A stretch of DNA of 64,000 bases from Andalucia godoyi And28 (taxonomy: Eukaryota; Protista; Jakobida). Location of the stretch: the NCBI GenBank assembly GCA_009859145.1, contig VRVR01000051.1, forward strand, positions 64,549 to 128,548, written 5' to 3'. Both the position numbers and the translations under genes were made by a program. Below the pieces are notes generated by a model that worked only from the letters and a program-made list of their open reading frames with translations, was not told the DNA's origin and ran no database searches. Within the stretch, counting starts at the first letter, position 1; every line of letters starts with the position of its first letter. Positions 8,101 through 17,800 of this stretch are shown here, one piece after another.

Positions 8101-10229
8101 GGGTTGGAGGTGATTTAATAGCTGAAGGGGATACTACTCTGCGTCGGGGCCTGAATGTCAGTGGCGATGTTTTCTTCAATGGCAGTCTCGCTGTCCTGGG
8201 CCAAGTGTCCGTGGCTTCCACTGCAGTTTTTAATCAGAATCTGACTGTGTCTGGTGCCGTGGAGATTCGGGGGACCTCTCTTTTTCGTGGAGATGCGTAT
8301 GTTTCCGGCGTTTCCAATCTGGGCGGAAGACTGTTTGCATCACCGAGCGAAGTTAGTTTCAACGTGTCAAGAATCACTCTGAGTTCTTTTGACCAGAATC
8401 GGCAATTCTGGTTTTCATCGGCGCTGTCGACTTCCCTGGTAGTGGACGATCGGAAGTTTTTCGGCCTGCAAGTAGATGGCAACTATAATCCACAACAGAT
8501 TCTGTTCCGGCCTCGACTGGTGCCTGGGGGCATGTTTGTTGATGCCAACGGCTCGGTCGGTATAGGTCCTGGCGTGTCGTCTGCGCAGGGCGCTCTTCAT
8601 GTAGAAAACGACTTCATTCTTGGGCCTTCCCTCTTCGGAAGCCGCTTCAAGATATCGATCCAGTCTTTGCAGTCGACTGCGGACCACTTCTTCATTCAGT
8701 TCGACACGTTGTCCGGGACGTTTACGTCGTCAAACATGCTGAGTTTCCAGCGAGGGACGGGTAATTTTGGAATCTCGCAATCGGTTCCTGCCGCAAAACT
8801 GCATGTGAATGGAGATGTGAGGGTGGAGAAGGATGTGCAGTTTGCAGACTCTGGCCTTCTGTGGCATGTGAACAAGGATGTTCAGGGACTTGCAGTGCTG
8901 CGGCAGGAGGGATATTTCAATGTCTCTGGAGAAAATGGCGATGCGATAATTTTTCGGAAGACGGATCCTTTCAACAGCATTCCCGTTGGCGGAATTGCGT
9001 TCTCCAACTTGCAAAATTCATCCGATGTCATTGCGTTGTCGATCCGAGGAAACGGTTCGATTGGCATCAACACCTTGTATCCCACGCACTACTTGGACGT
9101 TGCTGGAAATGCTCGTTTCCGACGCGAGGTGTTGCTGAATGACTATCTGGAGTTTGACTATCAGTCTGGTAGCCGCTTGCTGTGGAAATCACATCCGTCG
9201 TCGACGAGCGAGTTCCTTGTTCGGACGATAGAGAATCTTGCTGGACTGAATGCGGATGCTGTTTTGTTTGACAAGACAAGCGCATCCAATGCGACTGCGG
9301 TGCCGGGCGCCATAATATTTTCGAGCACCCCGTCCACCGGAGTCACCTCTTATCAGGTGGTCATCCGGACGGATACCAAAAGAGTCGGAATCAACGAGCT
9401 GAATCCGATGGCAGATCTGGACACACCATCGTGTCACGTTCGGAATGTCATGCAACACAGCACGGCGATTGAATATCAGCAAGCGCCCTCTCTGACTTCG
9501 ACTCTGCTGTATGCCCAGGTAAGCCCCACAACAAACCCTCCAGACGGAGACGGCTTTCGAGTTCGCTATCTCAGCCAGGCATTCGGCGTCTCTGCAAGAT
9601 CTCTTGTGTTTGAGAAGACCGATGGAACGAATCTCGACCCCGTTGGTCTGATTGGGTTTGCGATGACCGGCTCGGACGGCGTGGTACATCCCGCGCTTGT
9701 CATCCGTGGCTCTGGAAATGTCGGGATCGGCACGTCCAGTCCATCGTCGTCATTGGAGGTTGTTGGCGACGTAACCGTATCGCAGAACGTAATCATATCT
9801 GGGCAGTACCAGCTAGCGGCCGGTACCGTTTCGTCGACGTCGGGCATCCAATCATCATCGCTGGTCCTCAATGCCGCCGCCCACTCGACAAGCACCGTTG
9901 GCTGGTCGGTGCTGTCGGCCACGTGGGATCCGGTCTTTTTGGTTCTCTCCGTTTCTGCTGGAGTGTATTCGTTCGAAGGAAACGGCAACTTTAACCTTGC
10001 GGGCGCGTCTGCCTCGGGGAGTGCGCTGTCCATTCCATTTACTACGCCGTACGCGCTGAATGCAGCCCCAATATGCCAAGGCGGTGTGCGGAACTACCCT
10101 GGGTTTTTGGACGTCACCGCAGCTTACTCTTCATTAACTCTCAGGATGTACTCCACCGTCGGAAGTCTCGTTGCTTGGTCGTCCCTTCCGTCTCTTGGCA
10201 TCCAGTTGACTTGCGTCGGCGTGTCCTGA
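5106..10229 (+). CDS. Giant type II membrane protein with beta-strand repeats and tail-fibre-like GNVGIGT..P modules (fibre-like protein 1)
   Basis: Pro/Ser-rich N-terminus, one hydrophobic helix (VVLATNAGILLFCLISSFIVLYYVG, about 5550-5625), about 950 aa of V-x-G-x-L-x-V repeats, then G.VGI.T..P...L.V.G modules and a compact C-terminal domain. First ATG at 5106. Confidence 0.85.
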   Translation: MSNGRPPNERMSVPGLPPLPAFRFSDLKSTPSAPPPPSSPLPLSGTLEAAAPGRPKNPLTEDIGPLLPLSRSPFSRDPMPQPLAMKSPTAKSSASPFATSGGSFVEDGSRNAPATNPVAGAKGLESIAGSSRALEPIHVYFKMNRFHKVVLATNAGILLFCLISSFIVLYYVGAKRVDGDVVFENSVKVQNDLAVSGVASFSELHVNGPLFLDDASLGANQLFLQKNLTVYGGSLFSGPVDIRSGMNIASSATSTFEGPVAVEGLMSATSLIVPHQLTVGANLTVEKDASVGMLHAATLELDGSLALNGSMHISANLTVVGATNFFGGLVASGPSFLVLSNETLFQGSVRITSSNFSVRGSSTLNGSLAVKNSVTLSDSLLIGNQWATSPSLSVNASQFLFIAPKATFLVNASSVFDGRVRLSAPALFQSSISIEGSLNVSGSSFFADSVVVNGSVSASGSLAVSGDATVGGSVVVKGFASVNDDLRVGGMMKCEGPLSVGRNLSVANTAQVAQDVIILGNLIVRRNMTVEGSQDVYDQVIRNLGFGRFSGLRVDGSSILNGSVTVSGSSLFSGNVSVAGPFSSTGTASFSGPVTLRSGLFISSGSLSLLKNSKLLVSGNMSVYGNSQFSGSLTVNNTFSVASDVSVDGQLTVGRSVLVSGSAVITGTLSAESGFFVNNVSVHGYVNVSNGLTVMNDVILANGSLLVGKNLSVQGNATFVDTVFLDSRLTVRGPSTFSSAVAVLGPVVISNNSLTVNGVLSVNGSVNVERDVTLRGDFVFVGHSLLVSGVTGLNSSTSVTGNLSVAGLGRFSGGVEVTGVLSTVQLNVSGSLSVSGTVVIGGSTTISSSLFVQNSSTVGGLLTVLGSLNVTDRAVFDSQVFIKGGLFVHSNTTFYRNVSVAGSLSIFAAAYFGDLTVVTGTMIVPRLNVSSVAIFHGALTVGGDVVLDGLLQAGSGCVVSNSLQTLGPMTVNGSQTVTGSITVGNSLFANVGNFSGSLWVGGDLIAEGDTTLRRGLNVSGDVFFNGSLAVLGQVSVASTAVFNQNLTVSGAVEIRGTSLFRGDAYVSGVSNLGGRLFASPSEVSFNVSRITLSSFDQNRQFWFSSALSTSLVVDDRKFFGLQVDGNYNPQQILFRPRLVPGGMFVDANGSVGIGPGVSSAQGALHVENDFILGPSLFGSRFKISIQSLQSTADHFFIQFDTLSGTFTSSNMLSFQRGTGNFGISQSVPAAKLHVNGDVRVEKDVQFADSGLLWHVNKDVQGLAVLRQEGYFNVSGENGDAIIFRKTDPFNSIPVGGIAFSNLQNSSDVIALSIRGNGSIGINTLYPTHYLDVAGNARFRREVLLNDYLEFDYQSGSRLLWKSHPSSTSEFLVRTIENLAGLNADAVLFDKTSASNATAVPGAIIFSSTPSTGVTSYQVVIRTDTKRVGINELNPMADLDTPSCHVRNVMQHSTAIEYQQAPSLTSTLLYAQVSPTTNPPDGDGFRVRYLSQAFGVSARSLVFEKTDGTNLDPVGLIGFAMTGSDGVVHPALVIRGSGNVGIGTSSPSSSLEVVGDVTVSQNVIISGQYQLAAGTVSSTSGIQSSSLVLNAAAHSTSTVGWSVLSATWDPVFLVLSVSAGVYSFEGNGNFNLAGASASGSALSIPFTTPYALNAAPICQGGVRNYPGFLDVTAAYSSLTLRMYSTVGSLVAWSSLPSLGIQLTCVGVS

Positions 10230-10257
10230 GCCACGGTTGTCCATTTTTTCGTACTTC

Positions 10258-10680
10258 GCCACTGCTGATTTTTTTTTAATGCAAATCGTGCGCTCTCCCT
10301 TCGAGAAAAAGAACTCGCCTCCTGGCTGCTTCAGACTGTCATTCGTCCAGGGCGTCTCTCGAAACCTCAAAAAGCCCTTCGTGCGCTCTTGTTCAATGCT
10401 GTCTTTTCCCGATGCTGTGAAAGCCAGCCAAGCCCCTTCCTGAAAGACGTGCGCGATGATGGGATTCGTGATTAATGAGAAGCGTAAGAAAAGTTCGTAC
10501 TTGGCAAGGAAGGAGGGTCGCTGTCTGGCACCTCTCCATCGAGATTGGAATGGTGCGCGCAACATCTATTTGAAGATTACTCCTTTTCTAAATCTGAATG
10601 CATATTCGGCTCCGATGCAGGACTGTATGTGAATTGTCAGCAATGATTCTTCAATGCGAAGTAAGTGTGCAATGCAAACG
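10258..10680 (+). mobile_element. Degenerate Fanzor-type remnant, copy E (left boundary uncertain)
   Basis: RDWNGARNIYLK at 10540-10575, a stop-riddled DVRDDGIRD**EA segment upstream, a GCAA-loop hairpin, and right end GTGTGCAATGCAAACG ending at 10680. Confidence 0.65.
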
Positions 10681-11147
10681 TCTTTGCTTTTGGCTCGTCT
10701 TTTGTCAAGTGTCTCTGTTGTCGAGTGATTGGCAACCAAATATAAAAACAAAAATCCCGTGCCGTCGTCGTCTCTGCCTTTTCCATGCTGGTCCGCTATT
10801 GCCGGGGTCTCCTGCATGCTTGTCGATGAGTGCTTACGGCACCCCACCGCCCAATCCTCTGGTGCACCACCCGGTGCGAACGGACGAACAGCATCTGCTG
10901 TAGTCCCGAGCAGACGTCGTTCGAGTCGACATGCTTCGACTGTGCTTCGAAATCGTCAGAAGCGCTTGCTCAACAGAAAGGAGCGTCTTTGCTTGTTGTA
11001 TCAGGTTTTTTCGTCTTCCCAGCAGCGATTTTTACGTACTGAAGCAGGTACGTAAGCAACACATCATTTATTTATTCTTGCATACTTTTTTCGCTTTCCT
11101 TTTTTTTTTTTAATTTTTCATTTTGATTGTGTACTGGGAAAAGAAAT

Positions 11148-11792
11148 ATGCTGCAGACAGCGCTTCGTAGAGGGGTGTATCGTCCAACGGCTGTACCAGC
11201 ATTTTCAAGAGCAATGTCGTTTTCGTATCCGGGTCCACGCAAGCTCGGGGATCTTGTGAAGCTTCCGTTGCTTGAGCGGGAGTCGCCTGAAAAGATCCGG
11301 CATATCTGGCGTGAGTACCACAATGACGAAGAGAGAAGAACGGATGGAAAGCGGCCTTCATTTGCGGAGGTTCTTGAGTCGTCGCAGTACTCGCAGCTTC
11401 GTTTACGGTCGAAGCAAAGTCCGATGTTTGTGTTTCCGGTGCTGAAGCCAAAGGGATATATCAACTTGGTGACGCAGTTTCAGGACACGTTTTGCCTGGC
11501 TACCTCGCTTGAAGAGTATCAGAAACGGAGGTCGTTTTCATTCCCGCATGTCACGATTACGTTCTTCGAAGAGCTAATGAAGGAAAAGAACATTGTGCTG
11601 ATGCGTGCCGACATGTTTTCGCCCGATTTGACAAGAGATGAAGGACAGCAAATGTTCCAGAGTTTGCTCCGGTTTTACTTGTCGGACAGGGAATATACAA
11701 GGTTTGTCGAGACGTTCAATTCAAGACCAAGAGAATTTAATTTCCAAGACCTGCTGAAGGAAATCCAGGTAACCCAATTAAATGGAAAATAA
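11148..11792 (+). CDS. ATP11: Mitochondrial F1-ATPase assembly factor ATP11/ATPAF1
   Basis: Arg-rich presequence-like N-terminus; PRKLGDLVKLPLL..ESPEKIRHIWREYH and SPMFVFPV motifs. Confidence 0.85.
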   Translation: MLQTALRRGVYRPTAVPAFSRAMSFSYPGPRKLGDLVKLPLLERESPEKIRHIWREYHNDEERRTDGKRPSFAEVLESSQYSQLRLRSKQSPMFVFPVLKPKGYINLVTQFQDTFCLATSLEEYQKRRSFSFPHVTITFFEELMKEKNIVLMRADMFSPDLTRDEGQQMFQSLLRFYLSDREYTRFVETFNSRPREFNFQDLLKEIQVTQLNGK

Positions 11793-11889
11793 GTACTTAA
11801 TTATATATCCACAGATAAGGAAAAGAGGAGAACGGCATTGCAACTCCGTACGTGAATGTGTGCAACCGTGCAAGGGTGGCTCTCTGGAG

Positions 11890-14800
11890 CTAGAGAGCCG
11901 CAATACAGTGAACGTTGATGTTGCCAGAATAGGCAGACCACGATGCAGCTGTGAACTGATAAGTGCGCAAGTAGAGATCCAAAGACGAAGTTCCGGGGTG
12001 CGGCTGTGCGAAGTAACCATGATCTAGAGATGTGGAGCAAACAGGAGGCCGCGCAAACGTTGTGCTGAAGGGCACGGTAAGACGAGCACCACTGCAAGAG
12101 TACGAGCCAGAGAAGCCCGCATAACCACCAAAACTGTAAGTGGAATCTGCGAGAGACCCGGATCCGCAGGCAGCAAACGGAGTTCCGATGATCAGAAATC
12201 GGACCGATGAAGCCCCGTCTGCGGCGATCGCAGATTCGACCATAGTCTGCGACGCGATGTTTACGCTCACCTTATCCAGCAGGTCTATCGACGAAGAGTC
12301 GAGGTATGTGTTGCCACCGACGACATGCAGGTTCTTGGACGGGCTTGCAGTGTTGACACCAACGCGGCCTGCTTGGTCATTGACCGACAGACTGACAACA
12401 TCAAAGTTTCGAAATTCGAAGCCGTTGCTGCCAGAGACCGTTTGGAACACAACGTTGGATGAGGCGTCTTTGGATGCGGAGAACCGTGTCGGGCACCTCA
12501 GAAATGTGAATGCACTGGATCCGGCGGAAAAATACGCATACGTCACAAGTTGTATGGAGGTTTGCGTTCGAAAGGTACCATCCACCAACACCATGTTGGA
12601 GGGGACGGCAGAAGAACCAAAGGTAACAGCGCCATTGGAGCGAACAACAATCGCTGAACTTCCAAATTCTATCCAGGAACTTGCGCCCGTGGTCTTCATG
12701 GTGTACGTATCCGACGCACTTTCATAGCTGAACAGGAAGTCCAACACGCTGGATGCGTGATGCTGCAGAATCACCGAGGGGGAATGGGAGATGAGCGAGC
12801 CGCGATGAATCGTTATGTTCTGCGTCCCTCGAACGTTGCCCACAACATGCAGAATATAGCCTGCATCCGGAGATGTGGTGCCCATCCCAATCCGACCATC
12901 TTGTCGGATGACCATGTGGCTCGTCGTGGAGTCATCCACAGCATACGTAGTCGCAAATACAAAACTCCCAGACGTCTGCTCATAGACTGTGATCGGAGCG
13001 ACCAAGGATCCAAAAGAACTCGCAAGTCTCGTTCGAAAAGACATGTCTTGCAGCAACTCGGATGTTCTGAACACTTTCAACATCTCCGACGTTCCTTCAA
13101 GATACGAAAACGCCTTCTCTCCAATAATTAACTGGTTTCGCACTCGCACGTCGCCGTTCACAACAAGAGGGTATCCCAGAGTCAATCCTGCGGTGTTGAT
13201 TCCAACATTTGCTGAAGGACCATCCAAGGAAAGGAGCTCCACAGTTCCGATCGTATTGGTAGCAATGAAAACAATGCGACCATCTGGAGCGCCTCCCGCA
13301 GCGTCTGTCTTTCGGATGACGCATGATCTATGCGTCGGGTCAGCAGATTCGATCCGAAACCCATCTTGGGAAGGAAATCCGTCGATCAGCGTCCCGACAC
13401 GGGAGTTCTTCAAAAATACTAAAGATCCATTCGTGACGACGTGTTCCCTAAGGACTGCTCCAGTTCCATAGACCTCAAACATATAGTCCGTGCTCGAAGT
13501 CGACAGGCCGTTGATCACAACTTGCTTTCCTTTGTGTATGGAAAGAACACTCCGAACAGGACTGCCGCTCGGAAACGGAACGGTCGAAAAGACCGCGACA
13601 TCGGCAGTATCTCCCAGGCGATAGGACGTCGTGTTCCGGTCTCCCCAAGGACTGTTCTTGTCAACCCAAATAGAGATCCCAGCAGCATCCACGAACTTGC
13701 CATACTCTCGATTATCAATTCGCAGGCCGCCCTCCACAGAAAGCCGGTTCCGTACCATCACATCGCCGTCCACATCCAGAGTATGCTCTGCAACGGCAGA
13801 GCCGTTTGGAGAAATCAGCAACCGGTAGTTTCCAGGAAACGTCGAAACCGCCAACAAAGACCCATAGGTCAAATCTAGCCGCGCTCCAGTACCAGTGGAA
13901 TCGGAGAGTGCTACGTTGCCAATTACAATCGGCTTTGCAACATCAAGATCCCCTCGTGGGACGTACGTGTCGGGAAACCCTATCGAAACTTGGGAGGAAT
14001 CCACATGCAGAGTCAATCCCTTGTTCTCAATGTTTGGATCAAAGTGGACGGAACGGTGGCCAGTGGTTAGCCGTATCTTGAGAAAATCGTCGAACAGGAT
14101 TGGTGTCATATTGTCGGAGCGAAATTCAAAGAATGGTGCATCAATGTACATGACACGCTGGTGAAGACGTAAAGCGGAAGACAAACTTGCAAACCCATCC
14201 TGCGAGTTTCCAGTCATTTCAAAGTTTGCAGACTCGACATGAAACGAATTACTAATTGAAACGTTATTTTGGAAAACGAGAGACGAAGATCCGACGGACA
14301 GGTTGCCCGCTACAAAGACGGAGCCATCCACGACCAGCGCACCCGCTACGGAAACTTGAGCGGTCGTGTGCAACGTTCCGTTCACGTGGACTTTCCCGGC
14401 CACGCGCAACGATGCTTCGAACGATCCATCACGTGCAGAAATGTCTCCGTAAACAGTAATTCCTGTCTTTGAAAATATACTGTTGTTGATTGCAAAAACA
14501 TCAGCAACAGATATTGCGTTTTCGGCAACGAAGGATCCAGCACTGAGAAAAGCGCCAAGGACTCGAAGAGACGACGCATAGACACCTCCGAAAACCTCGA
14601 CACCTTCCGACACATTCACGAACTGCGCCGTCAGGCTCCCCAGCACATTCACATTCTTGCCAACTTCCAGTCTGCCTCCGATGCGGGTTGATGAATTGAC
14701 AAGTAACTGATTGCGAACGAGCAGCGAGTCGCTGCACGTCATCGTAGAAACGGATGATGCAGATCCGTTCAAGAAGATGCCACCTAGGGACACAAGCCTT

Positions 14801-17800
14801 GAAACATTCAATGCTCCTCCTACAGTTACAGCTCCCAATGACGAAATATTCTTCGCAACAACACCTTTCCCTACGACGAGAGCTTGGTCCAAGGTGATCG
14901 AACTACTGGAATACATACTGGACGTGACGTTCCACGAGCCGCCGATGGCCAGCTCCCCCAACACCGTTGCATTGGTCCCGGCGTAAACAGCACCTTGGAT
15001 GAGAGAAGAGTTGTGCACCAGAATTTGAGGCGCAGAAGCAACGCCCAATGGATCGACCAAGATGTCAAAAGGTGTTGTCAAACCATAATTGGACAGGTAC
15101 AATGTGCCACGAACATCAAGGCATCCAGATACCCTAGTGGAGAATGATCGGAGAAGGCTTGTATTCGCCACAAGGTTACCAAGCAACAGAAACGGACTGG
15201 AAGAAGCGTTTAAAACGGAAGCCGTCAACGACAGGCTCTTCATTACTTGGAGAAGTCCCAGGACTTGTACTTGTGCTGCGCCCTGGACGTACATGGCACC
15301 ATTGACGAGCATATTGTTCTTCACTGTGAGACCGCCGTCAAGAAGGGACGTGCCAAACGGGAAATATGCATGCTGCGATACTGTCAGGCACGAATCGACA
15401 ACGAGAGAGGACGTGGACGTTACTGAAGTCACGTTCACCGGTGCATCAAAGACTGCATCCGACATTGCTGTCACCACAGAATCGACAGACATATTCCCAT
15501 TGACAGTGAGCATTCCAGATGCATTGATGGAAGAAGCGAACGCATCGCGCGATATATTAAGGAGACCAGTCGAGAATACGCCGTCAATAGATGCACTTCC
15601 GGTTACTTCCAGGCCTTGAAGCACAAAGGCTGATTTCAGAAACGCACCCCGATTGACAACGACACTCGCGCACTCTGCATGCAATACATTCGCGACATTG
15701 AGAACACTGTTTCCGGAATAAGTGGAAAACTGCAATGATTCGAGACTCAATAACTCCGACACGAAAATATCGCCCTTTACAAACACAGTGCCGTTGGCAT
15801 TCAGCGACTCTGTGATTTCCAGGTTCTGCGATACTTCAACGGCCTCTGCTACATCCACGGATGCTTGGAAAACCGCCCAATTCGACATCATTCGTCGACC
15901 AAAACTAAATGGGCCTTGAACATCTATGCTGCCTGACGAATGCAACGACTCGTTCACTTGGAGAACTCCAATAGACACTTCATTTCCCAAAATCGACAGC
16001 GATAACGGCGTGGCTTCCAGCACCATAGAGCCAACAGTTGCAGAAACACCATCAAGAATCCTAAGTCCGCTACCCGCAATAAAATCCTCATCTACAAGAA
16101 TCGTAGAGGACACGTGAATCGCTCCAGAGATCGTTGTCAGGTTGCCTACAACAACGTCTCCCAAAACATGCAGAGATCCATTGAACATAAACGAACGAGC
16201 ATTGATGGCGGTCGTTCGCAAAGTGTCTTGCACTCGCGCGGATCCAATGTAATGGGCACCAGATGAGCTTGTTAGCATATTCAAACCGCCGACCAAGTAC
16301 AAGTTCCCAAACGTCGCTAACCCTGATACAGTAATGGATCCACCAACACTTGCTGCGCTCGTGACCCTCGCGGATCCCGATAGTCGACAATTCCTGCAAG
16401 CCACACCTTCATTAACAATTAGTGATACATTGGATCCAAGAATCGAATCCGAGAACAACCATCCGTGAATAGAGAGATTTCCGGAAGGAAAGTCAAGGAA
16501 ACGCGATATACTAATGATCTCATTGTTGTCGGCAATGAGGCGCTTGGTTCGTAACGAAGAAAATGACGCTGTCCCGTTGATATCCAATCCATGCGTTAGC
16601 TTGCCCGTCGCGGCGATAAGGCCTACGAATGATAGAGGGTCCTGCGATCCCACCGTCTGCATATGCATCGACCCACGAAGGGAGACGGCTAAGCCAGCCG
16701 AAGACCGAACATCGCCTCGAATCTCAGACACCACATCAGAATACGACAACACAGACTCGACAGAGACACTTTCGCCAACAGAAAGCGTATCACCAACAAG
16801 CAATGTGTGGTTCACTTGGATGTTCCCAGCTTGGAATGCAGACGCATTCAGGACGGCAAGTCCTTCCACGTTTACGGACCCTTGAACTTGGATTGCTAAA
16901 TCAGTAAACTCTGACCGCTCAGCTCTGATGACTGCATCGCCGCCTACCGTCCACTCTCCAGTGACGGCAACGTGCGATTGATCCACTGTCGTTTGAGAGG
17001 AAACATTGGACACCGTTAACAGACTGGATATCTGCAATCCCTCGCTCGATTGGATGATAGCCATGCCCTCCACATCTACTTGTCCCAATACGGCAACCTT
17101 TTGTTCGGAAGCTGCAGAAGAGACCCCGGGATGTTGGGGATCGGCGTGCACTGATGTCGTCAAGGAAGGCCCGAGTCGGACAATCCCTGATGCCGCCGTA
17201 GCAGCTCCCACAACCGTAACATCTCCTTTGAACTCGCTCACTCCGCGAGAGACGAGCGTGTGGGACTCGGCGCCATCCGACGCTTCCAACGAGTCCATTT
17301 CAATTGTACCGTCAACGTCAATGTCGAACATCCATCTTCCCTCGCTCAGCACAACGATCGAAAACACAGATAGTCCAATGAGATACAATGTCATCAAGAC
17401 CAGCAACGCGTGGGCCCATGGAATCACTCGCTTCACAGACGACGATGATGCTGACGACGTTGAAGTCGAGGTCGAAGACGCGGAATCGGGACGAGGGCGA
17501 AATGGAGGAAATGGCGGAAATGGCGGAAATGGCGGAATAGCAGAATGCAAGATCTCGTGACGGCCATGATCGATAATGTTTTCAGACCCGTGTGGAAGCA
17601 GCGGATTTCTTATCGTAGACCCAAAAGGCGAAGTAGCAGATGCAGCCACGGAGCGAATATCGCGATCCACGTACTTTGGTGGCGCAGGTGGCGGGATAAA
17701 CGGCAGTGAGTAAAGATCGCCGGCTCGGTCAACATCGAGGGGGTCCGGTATTCTCCGCAAAGGCGGAAGCAGAGGAGGAGGCAGCCTTACTCGGTCCTCA

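Noticed and set aside
5640-8400. Bactofilin / polymer-forming cytoskeletal protein call for the giant repeat proteins
   Set aside because: The repeat pattern is similar, but the TM anchor, sequon density and GNVGIG modules favour an extracellular fibre. Not excluded without structure prediction.
10000-10229. Peptidase S74 intramolecular chaperone at the fibre C-termini
   Set aside because: No SD.RLK-type autocleavage motif in either protein.
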